A stretch of 64,000 nt of DNA from Lama guanicoe (GCA_013239625.1 MU054323.1:1116001-1180000); one strand, 5' to 3'; counted from the stretch's first letter, positions 40,595 through 54,519 are shown. A program made the numbers and translations. Notes: a model not told the origin generated them from the letters alone.

Positions 40595-40840
40595 TTACAG
40601 TGTGTGTGCAGGAGAACAGGGGGCTTATAATCTCTGCCTTTAAACATTTGGAAGGAGGAAGCGGTAGACTTACACTCTGTAATTTCAAAAGCTAAGTCTC
40701 AGATCAGTGAGAGAAGTTTCAGGGAGACAGGTTTAAGCTCAATATATGGAAATTTGGCCTTCAAATCAGCTGTCCAACAATAGAAAGTTGGACTTCTGAA
40801 GTTGCACATATTCCTACATAATGTAAAAGGCTGGGCAGGA
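40595..40840 (+). mobile_element. L3/CR1 LINE 3' fragment
   Basis: 'cagggagacaggtttaagctcaatatatggaa...agctgtccaacaatagaa' resembles the L3 terminus. Confidence 0.7.
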
Positions 40841-41010
40841 AGAATTCTTCATTGTTCCTTTCATTCCTCCCCAAACCCCACCCCCAGCTGGCCGAGTCAA
40901 CATCTAACCCATTAGTCAATCTTGCCAGGCCTACTTTGGATCTATACACCTGCTGCATCTACCTGTTATAACTGTCCTCACACAACCACCACCATTTCTT
41001 GCCTTGATTA

Positions 41011-41135
41011 CTGGGGTGGCCCCTCCACTGGAATAGCCTTTCTAATGAAATAGCCCCCTAACTGGAACAGCCTCCCAATCCGGCCCCTAGCTGGAAAAAC
41101 TTTCTACCTGGAATAGCCTCCTAAATGAAACAGCC
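41011..41135. repeat. Degenerate 17-bp minisatellite (about 7.5 units, consensus CTGGAATAGCCTCCTAA)
   Basis: Units start at 41011, 41028, 41045, 41062, 41079 (short), 41091, 41108 and 41125. Confidence 0.85.
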
Positions 41136-42074
41136 GAAACGCTAAATGTGCAACCTGAGAAATAACCTTGATGGCGAGTCAGAAGCCTGGCCCTCAAGGC
41201 ATCCCTAAATCTCACTGCACATGTTCTCACCAACCGTGCATCTTACTCTGTCCAGCACCCATTGTTGAGTGACTTCTAGATGTGTTTTCTCGGTAAGGTC
41301 ATTCCGTGGTGCACACTCAGGTCCTGGTTTCCCCAGTGTAGGAAATCATGTTTGCCGTTTTGTTTTCAACTGTCAGGAAGCTTTCATCTAAACCTCTTTT
41401 TAGGGAGGAGTTGTTTTCTGCTCATCTTATAAAAAAAAATGCAAATGTCCTCTCTGCATTATCTCCGTGCACACGCCATCTCTGTGTGTCTCGAAGCGCA
41501 GCTGCACTTCACCACTTTGCTAGCAGAGCCCTGGCTCACACTCGTGGCTGTTGTTTTCCACACGCTGGTTCCTCGGACTCTGCAATGCAGTCGGATTGTT
41601 TTTGAGAGTGAACAGCTTCTGGTCTGTCCCATTCTCGCTGGACTATCAGGCTGTCCTCTGCAGAGGGGTTGCTGGTGACGCTGTTCCATTTCTAAGGTCT
41701 CTAGAAATACGTGCAGCAAATAGTATTTCTTTGGTTTAACAATTAATAGTGAGATGAGGACTTCAGAAGGTTGTATTTCATCTCTTGCATTCAAACATCT
41801 GCATTTGGAGACCTTAGCCAAGGCTCTGCCCAAAGATGGTTATGCCCCTTTTCCTGGTACCCCCTTGAGTCGCTCAACCTCACATCAAATCTCTGACTGA
41901 AAGTACAAGAAGAATCTAAAATAATAAATGTGAAAAATCAGTCTAAATTCTCACTTTGATAAAGTAAAAGTGGATCTTCTCTCATCTAGAGATTTAAAAT
42001 GTTACAATTAAATACTAATCTTGTACAAATAAGGAAAAGACATAATTTGCCTCCCCTTAATTTCAGGGGAAGGA

Positions 42075-42200
42075 GCAGGGGTTTTGGAACCAGACAGAAC
42101 TGGATTTAGATCACAGCTCTCCTGCTTGCCAACACTGTGACCTTGAGCATGATACTTAACCTCTCTGAGCCAAGGATTCCATATCATAGTAAGGAGCTAA
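42075..42200 (+). mobile_element. MIR fragment
   Basis: 'ttggaaccagacagaactggatttaga...ctgtgaccttgagcatgatacttaacctctctgagcc'. Confidence 0.8.
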
Positions 42201-43129
42201 TACACCTCCAGGGGATACTTTAAAGCCTCCATCAGACTCTGGGGATGTGGCAGACATCCAGAGACAAAGCAGCCTCTGCACCTGTAATTACCAGCGGTGA
42301 CAGCCCTTAGTGTGCAGGTGGCGGTGGCGGTAGCAGCATGTAAGTTTATCATGTGCAGCCGCTCAGATAAGTGGCTGCGGACCTGGGATTTCAACTGATA
42401 TAAAAACTAAGTATGTCCAAGTGTGTATATAGTAGATGTGGATAATCAGTCAACAGGGCACACAATGAGCAAATTCCTGAATTATGGCCCATCTTGCAGG
42501 GCCATTAGAAAGGACAATTATCTGTTGGCTCAAAAGGCCACATCATTAGGTGACAGCATTGGCTGAAGTGGTGGCCCTTGTATGAGCACAAGCACTTCCA
42601 TGTCTCAGCCTGGGGCAGAGCCCAAGATGGGGTGTGTCCTAGGTGGGACCTCAGCATCTGGATTCATTCTTGAACAAAATAGGATTGAAGTTTTGAATCA
42701 AGATCTCTGAAGCTGGAACCCTGCAATCTGTTAAGCTTCTCCATGTGATTCCCACTCACATTCACTTTTGAGAATCTTCCCATGTGCCTTCTATTCAGAC
42801 AGCGTTAATTCGATGAGAAGGATGCCTTGCTCAAAACAAATAATTACATACAAGAGACACTAGACAGCATGACTCAAAGGATTTCCTCACATCCTGTCCC
42901 TCCTTAGACACATAACCCTCTATCCATTTTGGGGCAGTATATATAGCATTAAGGACTCTCTGAAATGTTCAGAGATTGCTTATCCCTTTTATTATTGAAC
43001 TTTATCTATTTTCCCATTTTGTGAAGTTCCAGTAAATTCTATACAGCATGTGAAACATTAAATAAAATTAACATCAAATATATGGGCAGGAATTTACTCT
43101 CTCAACCTACACTTTTAATCACCACAGAT

Positions 43130-44240
43130 TTTTCTATCAGTCAATCACCAAATATTTACTAAGCACCAGGACCAGTCAGGTGCCTATGGAAGGATAAGGT
43201 CCAACATATTTCTCCACAGATTTTACAGTCTAGTGTAGAAAAAAAAATGAGATAAAATTAATACTATAAGTATTACTATTGAAAACAAAAATGACAGAAA
43301 TAATAATAACAAAAACATCGATTCACTGAGTGCCTCCTAAAAATCAGGGATCATAATCAGATATTTATATAAGGTATATCTGAGCCTTTCAGCAGCAATA
43401 CAAGAGAGGAACCATGTCCCTATGTTATTTAAAAAAATTGAGGCTCAGAGAGGTTAAGAAGCTTGTTCAAGGTCATGCACAAATAAATGGAAAGGCTGCG
43501 GTTCAAACCTCAGGTTATCAAGTTCCAAAGTCATTGGTGTTTAGAATTAGGAAGACAGGGAAAGAATTCTCAGTGATATAAATTTGCTACGAGGCCAACT
43601 CACCTATGTGGACAAGGGAGATGAGGGTGACAGTTTGGTCAAGTGCATGAAGCTAATGAGATTTGGGTATCTTTACTCTAACCTGTGAACCCATGAGTCT
43701 ACGGTATATGATGTCACACTCATCTTTTTAATACCAGAGACAGCAATTATGACTCAGCAACTTCTGCCTTCTCCCTCACCTTCCTTCCTTCCTTCCTCTT
43801 CCTTACTTCCTTGCCTCCATTCCCTGCCTTACTCCTTCCTCTCCCCCTCTCCATCACTCAATAAGCCTCAAAATAGAATATGTTTACTTAAACCAATGAT
43901 TCTTAAATATGTTCAGACCACATCATCTGGCAAAGTTATGCTTTTTCACTCTGCTTTGTATATTCACAGGTAATTCACTGCCTAGAACGGCCATCATGCC
44001 TATCTCTGGTAGGCAGACCTCATTTCATGCACTATCCAGATACGTCCCTCTCTCTGAGGCCCTTTCCCAATACACCTACAAGTTAATCATTCCTTCATCT
44101 GTGCTGTCACACCTCCTGCTGCTTTGCTGCATCAAAACACTAGACTGTGAGCTCCTTGAAAGTAGAAACTATTTTGATTTATTCTTTGCCCACAGCTTCT
44201 GACTCAGGACCAAGAATTAACAGGTACTCAAAAAGACTAC
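43130..44240. mobile_element. Cluster: L2(-) 43130-43260, MIR(-) 43300-43530, CT-rich tract 43765-43860, L2(+) 43970-44240
   Basis: 'caaatatttactaagcacc', 'attgaggctcagagaggttaagaagcttgttcaaggtca' and 'actagactgtgagctccttgaaagtag'. Confidence 0.75.
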
Positions 44241-44989
44241 ATAGGTAAAAGATGTAAAGATGGGTATAGTTTTGCCTCAGTCTTTAGAAGGCCACAGAAG
44301 GTCCCAGCAACACAGAAACAATCTCCTCTTACTGACAGATGCATAGTTGGCCATCTCCAGGTCCGGGGAGATGATCAAAGGGGATCAAGATGGCAGAAGG
44401 GCTCTGTCAGTCAGAAACTCCCAGGAAACATGAGGGGCCAACATTATTATAATTAATTAAAAGATTCGATGGATTGTGAATGTGACAGGAAACACTTTTG
44501 ACATTAGAAAATAGACTTCCTGCAGGCTTCCTGGATAGACTTCTTCAGGAAGTCAGCATGTTTTCAAACATCCTGATCTCTTTCTATTAACATGAGTATG
44601 AGAGCTCCCGACTGCTCTATCTGACGTTCTTCTCACACACCCACACTGTGTAGACTCTCTTCCGTCCTCAGAGATCGATCTTATGTTTTTTTTTTTTTGC
44701 CTTAATAAAAGTTGCTTTCCGGATGGGATGTTTTTATCAATTATTAGTAACCTACCATGGATTAGAAGAACTCGTTCCTATGAGTAACTCTTAGGGCTGA
44801 TGTTATATCAGTCAGAAACACAGCATGACTCAGAATGAAGCACTGAGGAGTTGCCATTGAACCCGGGGAAACAGGACTTGGTGCTCTAGAAGAGGGACCA
44901 GAGCTAGGGAAAGAGGGATGATGGGGAAACCCTCCTTGGAGTATCTCAAAATACCTGAAGTGGGCAGCCACCTAGTCCAACACCACTGT

Positions 44990-45530
44990 TCTCACTATGA
45001 CTATTGATGACTATTATGTCCCAGGTGCTAGGCTAGACTCTTCAATAAGTATAACCCATGATCTTCACAACAGTCCTATAAGGCAACTCATCTTATTCAT
45101 CATTTTTATCTCAACTTTGGGGCTTCATGATCCCTCAAACTGTACTAGAACACTCCAAAACATCTTGTCTCATTCCTCCATAAGCTTTATCCCAATTGTA
45201 ATTATATGATTGCATAATTATCTGTACAGTTTCTGTCTTCTCCTCTAGACTCTAAAATCACGTCTTATTTTATTTTTATCCATGGATCCATCCCCAGTAA
45301 CTAGCACAATGCCTGTCTCGTACTAGGTAATTGATAAATATCTATGGACTCATAAATGAATTCAAATAAGTGACTATCATTTAACTATTACTAAACCCAT
45401 ATTACAAATGAGAAAACTGAGGCTCAGTGTCTTAGCTCAAGGTCAAGATCAAGTTTTGATAGCTTGAGATTGTCTGAACCAGTTCCCCCAGGTATGTTTC
45501 ACTCCCAAGCCCATATATTTTCTGCTTCAC
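44990..45530. mobile_element. MIR(-) split by an L2 3' end(+)
   Basis: MIR halves at 44990-45097 and 45385-45530 are collinear; L2 terminus 'ctagcacaatgcctgtctcgtactaggtaattgataaata' lies between them. Confidence 0.65.
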
Positions 45531-46779
45531 AACCCTGTCCCTCTTTCAGCTTCCGGTAGGAACACACTTGTTAGTGAGGCATTGGACATGCATCTACCTC
45601 CTTTCTTCTCATCCTTCCACACAAAAACCCAGATGAATGTCTTTCGATGTCTCCCTTGGAGTCTTACTCATAAGTTTTGGCTGGGCCTGCCACTATTAGC
45701 TGATTGAGAGGCATTATAAAAGGGAATCAAATGGATTACTGGATTAGTTTCTCTGGTGCTTTTCTGGATTAAGATAAGAAATGATAATCAGATTTCAAAA
45801 CAGAAAGAGATCAAAATAAGAATAGTTGTATAAAACATCAATCAAGGAGACACCATAAAAGCAGAAAACCATTCTGTAGCTTGAAGATGAAGCATCACAC
45901 ACAAGCAATCCCTGCAGGAAGAATTCTGGAAAGTTCAGAAGAAAACACTGACAGTCCATGGAAGTCACATGGTTTCGAAACAAGAGCCTGGCACTGGGGG
46001 TCAGACGACCTGAGTGAGATCCAGATCCTCCTCTGTCATGACGCTACAATCCACGGAACAAAGCTGTCCAGAGAATTAACTGATATGCTGTATTTGGAAA
46101 ATGCGTGTAAAAGCTCTCATAAATATGAAGAGTTGAAGGCTGACAAAACAAAGGCTGAGAAATGACCATCATATTTCCTCGGACTGGCCTACCTCACAAG
46201 AAGCCCATGACATGTTTGAACAGAGAGAATCAGGGGTTATAAAGAATCCTGACATCCAAGTACCTGGGACCAGCGAAGCCCTGCAATGTTTTTATCTAAC
46301 AGCCATTTCAGGTTTGGTGACTGCAGACTTTGCCTGCTCTAGAAAATAACCCTAACAGAATCTATCAACCTCATCGTTAGCTTGAACAGCAGTTTCAAAA
46401 GCCCGTGGTGGTTTTTTTTTTTTTTTTTGCAGCACAAACTTAGATTAAGCAATTTATAGGCAGAAAAAAATGTCTAATTTGCACATAACTGATGGCAGGA
46501 AAATGAACGATGAGTTCATTACATTTCAGCTGACTCTGCAGTACAGCTCAGCTTTTTAAATTTTCTTCAGAATTTATAGGAAAAGAAATACAAGCACAAT
46601 GATTTCACTGCCTGTAGATGTGACTCTTTACCATGTACTCAAAGCTCTGCATGGTCCGGCTCCAACTTGACATTCCAGCCTCACCTGCAAAGGGTTCACC
46701 AGCAGAATTACTTATACACAGTACCCTAGGCATACATTTTGCCTCCCCAGCTCATGGCATCTCTTTTATTCACCTGCTC

Positions 46780-47480
46780 ATGAATTCATTCATTCTTCAT
46801 TCATAAATGAATCCCTTTCTGGTGCTGGGACCTGGGGATATGGTGACGAATGTGACGGGCAAGAGCAGTGACCTCAGAGACTATAAGCTGAACAGACAAC
46901 TACTATAAACATATGCTAAGTGCCTCGCTTCCCATTTCCATCAGTTGATATCCCGCTCTTTTTTTTCCAAATGTTATTTATTCCTGGTCATCTCTCCAAT
47001 GGGGTCAACCTTTCCTACTTGCTTTTTGACTCCCCTTCTGAGATTTCGAAACAGCTCCCTACTAGGCATTATGTAGTTAGTGCTGGAATAAGTCCTAATA
47101 AGGTTATGGGATTTAGTTTTCAAAATAACACTATTAAGTAGCTAGTACATGAAACCCAGGTTTACAGATGATGAGACTGAGGCTTGGAGATTCACTCTGC
47201 CCAAGATCACTCAGCTCTAAGTGATGCAGCCAGGCTTCGAATCCAGGCAGTCTGACCCCAGCACCTGGCATTTCGTCATTATGGTTTTCTGCCCCCACGC
47301 TTTATCATAGTCACTTTTCTTGGCTCCCCGCACCCTTGGAGCCTAGACTGAGAGTTTCCTGAAGGCAGGGCTTATGTCTCATTCCCCTCCCTTTCTACCC
47401 TGCCTCTCATACCCCACCTCCCTGCTAACATGTCCCAACAAGACTAGACACTGAGTTAATATTTGTTGGATTTAATTGAA
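46780..47480. mobile_element. Cluster: L2(-) 46780-46890, MIR(-) 47060-47270, L2 end(+) 47340-47480
   Basis: 'tttacagatgatgagactgaggcttggaga...ttcgaatccaggcagtctgac' and 'tagactgagagtttcctgaaggcaggg'. Confidence 0.75.
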
Positions 47481-50432
47481 TTCTATGGATACTCAATTTA
47501 AATTCTGGGATCTAGCCTTAACCATCTAGATGACCTTTTAAATTCTTACAACACATTAGCTCATTTTGTACTTCAATTTTTTTGTAGTTTCATTTGCATA
47601 AACTCCTTGGTGTTTGTGTCTCCAGATATTTTATCATGCTGGAAAGCTAGCTGAGTTTGTTTTTATTCATTCATCTGCTGTTATAGAAAGTGGAGGGAAT
47701 CGAATTTGTCCAGGAGGCTGAAAAGCATTTCAGACAATAGGTAGGTCTGCTAAAAAGGCTGTTGGCTTTTGCCAGGAAGGGACAACACCACCACACAGGA
47801 AATGCTTTGTGCAGAGTTCTCTGCAGACTCATCCTTCTCAGTGACAGGCTGTGGGATGGCTGTCTCTGTCATCATCATCAGGAGGCCTATACTGCAGGAC
47901 CCAACCTGAAAATACAGCCTCATTTTCCCTCTTGGTCATTCTCAGAAAATGCCTTGCGGAAAGTATTCGGTAGAATTTGTAAGTCTAAAAGCAGGAGACT
48001 AATTAGGACATTGATCTTGTATAATAACACATGATCTCCAACCAAGGCTTTCACTGAGACAGAGGAAGTGTATCATCTCCCAATACCTATATAGTCCACA
48101 CAGACTTCGGGAAACTATTTCCCATGGAGGAAGAAGGGTGCGGGTGCTAAGGTCCTATGCAATGCCACCACTCTTCAGATTTAAGCAGAACTGTGTAAAA
48201 ATACAGCCTCTATCCACAAATTTGATGAAAGTATAAGCTTCCTGGATCACTGGAATAAAATTCTTACAAGTACTAAAATTATCCAGTTATTGGCAATATG
48301 AACAGGTAGGCTGCCCTCTGAGTAGAGAGAAGAAGGAAGAGAATGTACTCAAAGGAAGGGATATTGAAGTATTAATCTGACTATTGAATAACTATGTTAT
48401 TTCATATTTCAACATCCTGTATATGCTATTTCCTGCCTGGAAGGCTGCCTCCTCTCTTGTTTGTCTGGTGGGTACCTGCACATTCTTTAGGACTTAGCTC
48501 TGTAAAGACATTCATAAAATCCTGCCTTATGCCCCACAGGATATCTCTGGTAACTTGTTACCAAAAACTCTTAACAGGTTTTCTTTGGCAAGAGGGATTG
48601 GGTGTCTGAACAAAATGTATGAAAAAGAGGTTTATTTCTCACTGGGTATTCAGGGGCAGGCACTCTGTAAACTGCTTAGAAGTTCCTCCCTCTCACCAAT
48701 CTCAGCCCAGTGGCCAATTTTTCTTTTTTCAGAAGGCATTGAGCAAAGCTAAATTAAGCAAGAGAACAGCAAATAAAGATGGTTGTTTTCTTTTATCTGT
48801 ACGATGGTCATATAAAGTTACATGTAAAGTTCTTATAAGAGGACAGAACTTGTGAAATATAAAATTCACAAAAAACAGAATTCACTTTTTACCCAGATTA
48901 AAACAATAGAGGTTTAAATGTCCCAGGCTGACTCTTTCCTATTTGCACTCTGTGGTTCCTCATGTCTACACTGTGTGATAAGGCATCCCTCTATGAGGAG
49001 ATACGGAAAATTGCTACAAAATGGCATGTTTTTCGCCTTGAAATCAAAAGATCTGACTTTGGAGAGCTGGGTATATTTTTCTGAAACAGGATCCACAGTT
49101 GATTATGTGTAGCATAAATTTAATGTTACCATAAACTGCAAACCACAGCTAAGATGTCTTCTGAAATCCTGAAATCTTCCCTTCTTATCTTAAACTGCTC
49201 TGATAACAAAATACGCAAACTTTTTCATTCAAAATTGCAATAGATAATTATTTCACATTCACTCTGAGCAGGATATAAAAATAATATGTGGTCCCAGCTT
49301 CATTAAATTTATCTTCTAATAAATTACGAACAGGAGAAAAATGGAATGAAGGGATGGATATGGCACTTCACAGAGATACAGTTCAAGCCACGTGCCTACC
49401 ATTTTCTAACTTGATATTGAGCAAATCATTGCATCTCTCCAAATCTTATTTTTTCATCATAAGAATGAATTAAAAATACTGAATTTTAAAAAACATCCAA
49501 AGAAATTACAGATCAAAAGCAACTATTACACAGTAGGTGCTTGATAAAGGATTGATTCGCTTTTGTGTATGTTCTTCTTATGATGTCTTAGCATCATTTG
49601 TGCTAATCACGAAACTATTACCTTCCACTTAACAAATGAATCTGCGGTACATAAATATTTTAAAGAATCAGTGATGTACTTGTCAAAGTTTGCAGGGGAA
49701 AAGACCATAATTAAAATCTCAGTTACTTACTGTTTGCTCTGGGGGAAGTTATCTGAGTTTTACAAGTTTTAATTTTCTTGTTTGGAAGAATGTGGATAAA
49801 ATCATCTCCTCTTAAGAAATGATGTGAGGAAAAGCCTAGGATACACCTTATTTAGAGGACTCACCAAGTAAGCATTTCTTTTGTTTCTTCTTTCCCGTAA
49901 AAATAAGTGCATTTTGCATTGTTAAAAATAATTTTCCAAAATCAATTGTGATAATTGGAGACACTTCAGAACAGAAAGCCACTGAGAAAGCCATTAGAAG
50001 AAGAAGCCATTACAAAAAGGAAGGAGAAGAATGAAGCCAGAGTGTGTGTTCCTTGATTCTGTTTTCTGAAGCAGAAGCACCCTCAGCCAACACGTGTTGA
50101 GGACACGGCGACCCTTTGGTGGTCAGTTACCAAACGTTACCTTATGAGTTATCCAGCTCTCAATACTATGTGGGATTCATCTTCAGATGTAGGTTTCCTC
50201 ACTTTTCTCCAGTGGACTTCTTCAGTAAAGACAAGGCTTTACTCACCTACAGAGCAGCTGCTCCGAATCAGGAAATGAACTCACAGATCTCTGGACTGAA
50301 GCATCTGGGCTTCAAACCAATTCCCAAGTTCGTTGGTATTCATCATGACTGATCCAGTGATTCATGCTTAGGTATCTACTGCAGAGGGATTCTTGAGCGA
50401 GTACACCAGGAAATACATCAAAGAAAATTTCA

Positions 50433-50859
50433 CAGCGAGGGCTGAATTGTGTTGCTTCAAAATTAATATGTTGAAGTTCTGACCTCTAGTACCTAAGAAT
50501 GTGACCTTATTTTGAAATAAGGTTGTTGCATGTGTTACTAGTTAAAATGAGGTCATACTGGACTAGGGTGGACCCCTAAACCAATGTGACTGGTATCCTT
50601 ATAAAAGGAATGCCATGTGAAGAGACAGACATGCCCACGGGAGAACACTATGCAAAGACTGAAGTTATGCGGCCACAAGCCAAGCGATTACCGGAAGCTA
50701 GGAGAGAGGCCTGGAACAGATCCTTTCCTAGCGCCTTAGAAGGAGCATGGCCCTGCTGACACTTGGATTTTGAACTTCTGGCCTACAGGACTGTGAAATG
50801 ACAAATTCCTGCTGTTCTCAGCCACCTACTTGTTATGGCCACCCTAGCAAACCAATACA
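50433..50859 (+). mobile_element. MLT1B/C-type MaLR solo LTR, near full length
   Basis: 'gggctgaattgtgt...gaatgtgaccttattttgaaataagg...ggagcatggccctgctgacacttggatttt...ctagcaaaccaataca'. Confidence 0.92.
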
Positions 50860-52084
50860 GGCTGACAGTCAATATACACTGGTACAGCTGACTGACTGTC
50901 AAATACTGAACTAATTTTCTTCTGGTTGGTACACAAACACTGCATTACTATTCTGAGTCTTTTAGGCACCCTGGCCTCCCTGCCCACCTAACCCATTTCT
51001 TGCGATCCATGGGTTTTCTCCATGATGCAAAAACTAAAGGTTTAAGGCCTCATGGACTCAGAAAACTAAATCTTTAGAGCTTCAGCCACCTACTCAAGCC
51101 AGATTGCTCTCTCCCTGCAAGAAAAGCTAAAGAACATACCCGTTCTCCTCAGCTCACCACTTCCTCTCTGCACCTAAAGACAAGGCCAAGCCCTCCTCAC
51201 ATGGTAAGGATATTACCAATAAGCTCGCTGGAGGAAAAGATAAATGACTACTTATTAACCATCATGAGGATGTAACAAATATTCCAAAATCTACACAATT
51301 CTCTCTAGTTCCTGGTTTCCATTGAAAAGGAGATCCTCTGGTTGAGGGCGGATTAAACTCACCTGCCCAATAATATAGATCTAAAGAGCTAATAACATAT
51401 TCCTAACTTCTATCTAGGCAATGCTTTCTCATCTCAAGGGGTATTTCCTATCCCTGGATTCTGCAGCGCCACACAGGAAGCGTTCCCACATAGAATTCCT
51501 TCATCAAGGGACATGAAACAGACGCTGCTACTCTCACCTCCAGACCTCCATGGAAAGCAACAGACGGAGCTGTTACCTCTGTTACGCTGAGACCGTGATG
51601 CTACCAGACACACACAAGCTATAGGATATACCTTCATTGCAGGTATCCGTCTCAGCAACTGATGTGATCCTATGACCTCAGCATGCTAGACCATCCATCA
51701 CTGGCTCACGACGCTCTAAGAGGAAACACTGTAGACATCATGTTGCACAAAGTCACTACTGCTTAGTTAAAACAGTCACCCGTGCAGGTCTGAGATAATA
51801 CCTGCCTAAGAAGGCTACAGACGTAACTACAGTTTTAATAGAGGCCCTGACTTTCTAGAAAGAGTGCGTTTCAGAACCTGTATTCACGAATCTCAGTTGC
51901 CATGGACACAGGCAGCTGTGTGAATATAAAGCCAGCTTTTAAGGTAAGCAGCTAGAGAAGACCTGTGACTAAAGCAGAGCAGAGCTCAGCCTGCCTAGTG
52001 AATAACAATAGACCCTAAATCTAATCCTCCAGCTGTTCCAGGGAACTGCCAATGTGGTTTATTTGCTTCCAACAACATTTCTTA

Positions 52085-52470
52085 AGTTGTATTTGTTGCA
52101 TGAATAAATAAATGAATGAATAGTTCATTTAATGGGTATTAATTGAGGGCCTTTCTGTGACAGGCATTACACCAAGAGCAGAGATGTAAAAATTAACAAA
52201 ATATGATTTCTGCCCTCAAAGGGTTCACTCTTCAGTGAAGAAGGAATGTATACACTATGGTAAGTTTTAACACTGACAAGTTTAATGTGCAACAAGAAAA
52301 ACCATTCCTGGGAGGAGTTAGAGGAGTTAGGAGATGTTAAAGCTGAGTCCTAATGGGTAAGTCAGCTTGGCTCTAATAAGTCTGAAGCTCAAGAGCATTT
52401 CCAGCAGAAGGAAGATTATGTGGGAAAAACAGGGTCATGAAAGAGCAAGAATGTTGGGGACTGCAAAGAC
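52085..52470 (-). mobile_element. L2 fragment
   Basis: 'tctgccctcaaagggttcactct' and 'agcatttccagcagaaggaag'. Confidence 0.7.
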
Positions 52471-54519
52471 TATTTCTCATTCAAACATACAGCTCCAGCA
52501 TTCCGCAAGTACTAACCAACAATGCCTCCAACGTCTGGCAATCTTAACCATCCAGAGCACGGCCATAAGTCAGCAAAGGGCTCCTCTGCACTGGGGCAAA
52601 CCATGGCAGAGTCCACGCTCCTGAGTTCTTTGTGGAATTGTGACATTATCTTCACAGTGAAATCCTAGTAGAGTAAATGTTTCATGTGACATCAAGTTGA
52701 CTCATTTAACAAACACAGTTGTCAGTAGTCTTTTGGGGGCCCACACGAGGAGAAATATTAGCTGAGATTAAGGAAAACAATCATAAAAATGCAGAAGTCA
52801 AGTAATTACTGCACTAGCCCCCTGCTCACCCCCGTAAAAGCACATCCAGCTACCAGAGTACTCACGTGTACAGGAAAGTATAATTAATATAATGATCTCT
52901 CTAGTCAAGGAAACTAGTTAAGGTTCCAAGCCTATTGTTTGTTAAGGTAACATGTAATGATTCTATAAAATCACTTAAACATGAAACAGTTTTGGTTCCT
53001 CAAGGTGTTAGTTTCTACTCATTTTTAAATTTATATGGAATTATTTATTTCTAAAAGACCTGACTGAAAAACTGAAACATCAGTATATGTCAGCTTATCT
53101 GATGATTAGTGAAGCAGATGTTGGCTTCCTTAGCCTATGATTCTTTTGTGTGATGAACAAGGTCATTGAGTTAATCAGAAGACAGCTTGAATGGTTGAAA
53201 TGTATGTTTTATTTAGATATAAAGGAACAGAAACATTATTCCACAGGTTTCAAATTGAAAATCAAGTGAAAGTATTAAGGAGGACTACAAAACAGATGAC
53301 ACTATGCTCTGAAAGACTGGAGGAAGGCTGTTCTTGTAGGGTCAGGGGCTGAGAGTTAAGCTAATAGAAGGCTTTGGTTGTCCTCACACTTTTCTGCAAA
53401 GAGGCAGAAAAGCATAAGCATATGCAGTATTAATCACACACAACAAAGCCATCACAGCTAGTATCTGGCTTACCCTCAAAGAAAAACAGAACTGCATCTC
53501 AATTCTACTGCCCGCTAAATTTTAACACATCTTATTCTGAATCACTGTTTAATCTCTAGAAATTGATTTATCTACCTAGCTTTCAGAACCCAGCTTACTT
53601 TTGAAATTCAAATAAAGCAAGTCTGTTATAAATGCATGAGCCTCATTCTATGAGTCTTTTCTCTCTCACAGGAGTCTTTAGAGAGCAAAGGTAACACCAG
53701 TGAGGCCTACTGCTGTAAGTTTTTGCTCTCCCAATTTGTAACGTCTGAGAGATTAGAAATCACATATGTTAAGTGTTGGCAAACATAAGTAGTCAGTAAA
53801 TAGTGATTGTTGTTATTCTAAGCATTTAAAGCTTCAGGAAAGAATTCCCATCTTAAATTGTCTTTCTACAAGAGGAGATCATTAGAGAGCATTTCTGATT
53901 TAAAAATGGGTACACAGCTCTACTTCAGCTAAAACCTGACATATTGCTGAAGTTTCAAATAATGCCCTCAAAGATTTTTGTTTTCTGCAATGACCAGACT
54001 TCCTGCTCAGAAGCAGATCTGTCATGAAGTTTGCTCTTTCTGGGCTACCACTTGCACAGGTCCCTCTAGGCTCTGAAAGAGGCAAACAATGTATTCAACC
54101 AGCTATGTGATTTTATAAAATTTGCAGAATAAATGTATTTTAGCAGCAGAAAGCTAAGGCCACTGATTTTCCACTTTATTTTATCTCCTTCACACTTTCC
54201 TTCCTGTCAGCTAGAGCACCCACAGGCATTTTTGGTACCCAGCCAAAGGGGAGTTGAACTGGGGATACATTTAGTTTGGTTTAAAAAAAAAAAGTATTAC
54301 TGTGGTTTGCAATCACTTCCTTGTATAAATAAGTCATTGATAGCTGTTATGTATAGAAATGTCTTCCACAGATACCACTGTCACCAACTGTGTCAACTGA
54401 CCCCAGGTCTTAACATGACAGTGTAGAGCAGAGATGGTACGCCGGTAGGAATGTGTCCTACGGCACCTGGTATCAGATTTAGGTAGCTAATGGGAGAGAG
54501 ACGAGGTTTGGAATTCACA

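Noticed and set aside
41011..41135. CRISPR-like array
   Set aside because: The units abut with no unique spacers, the context is mammalian, and there are no cas genes.
50247..50378. Minus-strand exon ending in a strong TAG|GTGAGT donor
   Set aside because: The ATG-initiated frame stops within it, and isolated donors are common; a lncRNA exon cannot be assessed without RNA data.
52085..52150. miR-28-like hairpin from tail-to-tail L2 ends
   Set aside because: The pairing is too short and mismatched for a pre-miRNA stem.
53936..54072. Minus-strand exon candidate after 'gcctctttcag'
   Set aside because: Poor donor (GTTTTA), and the translation is not recognisable.
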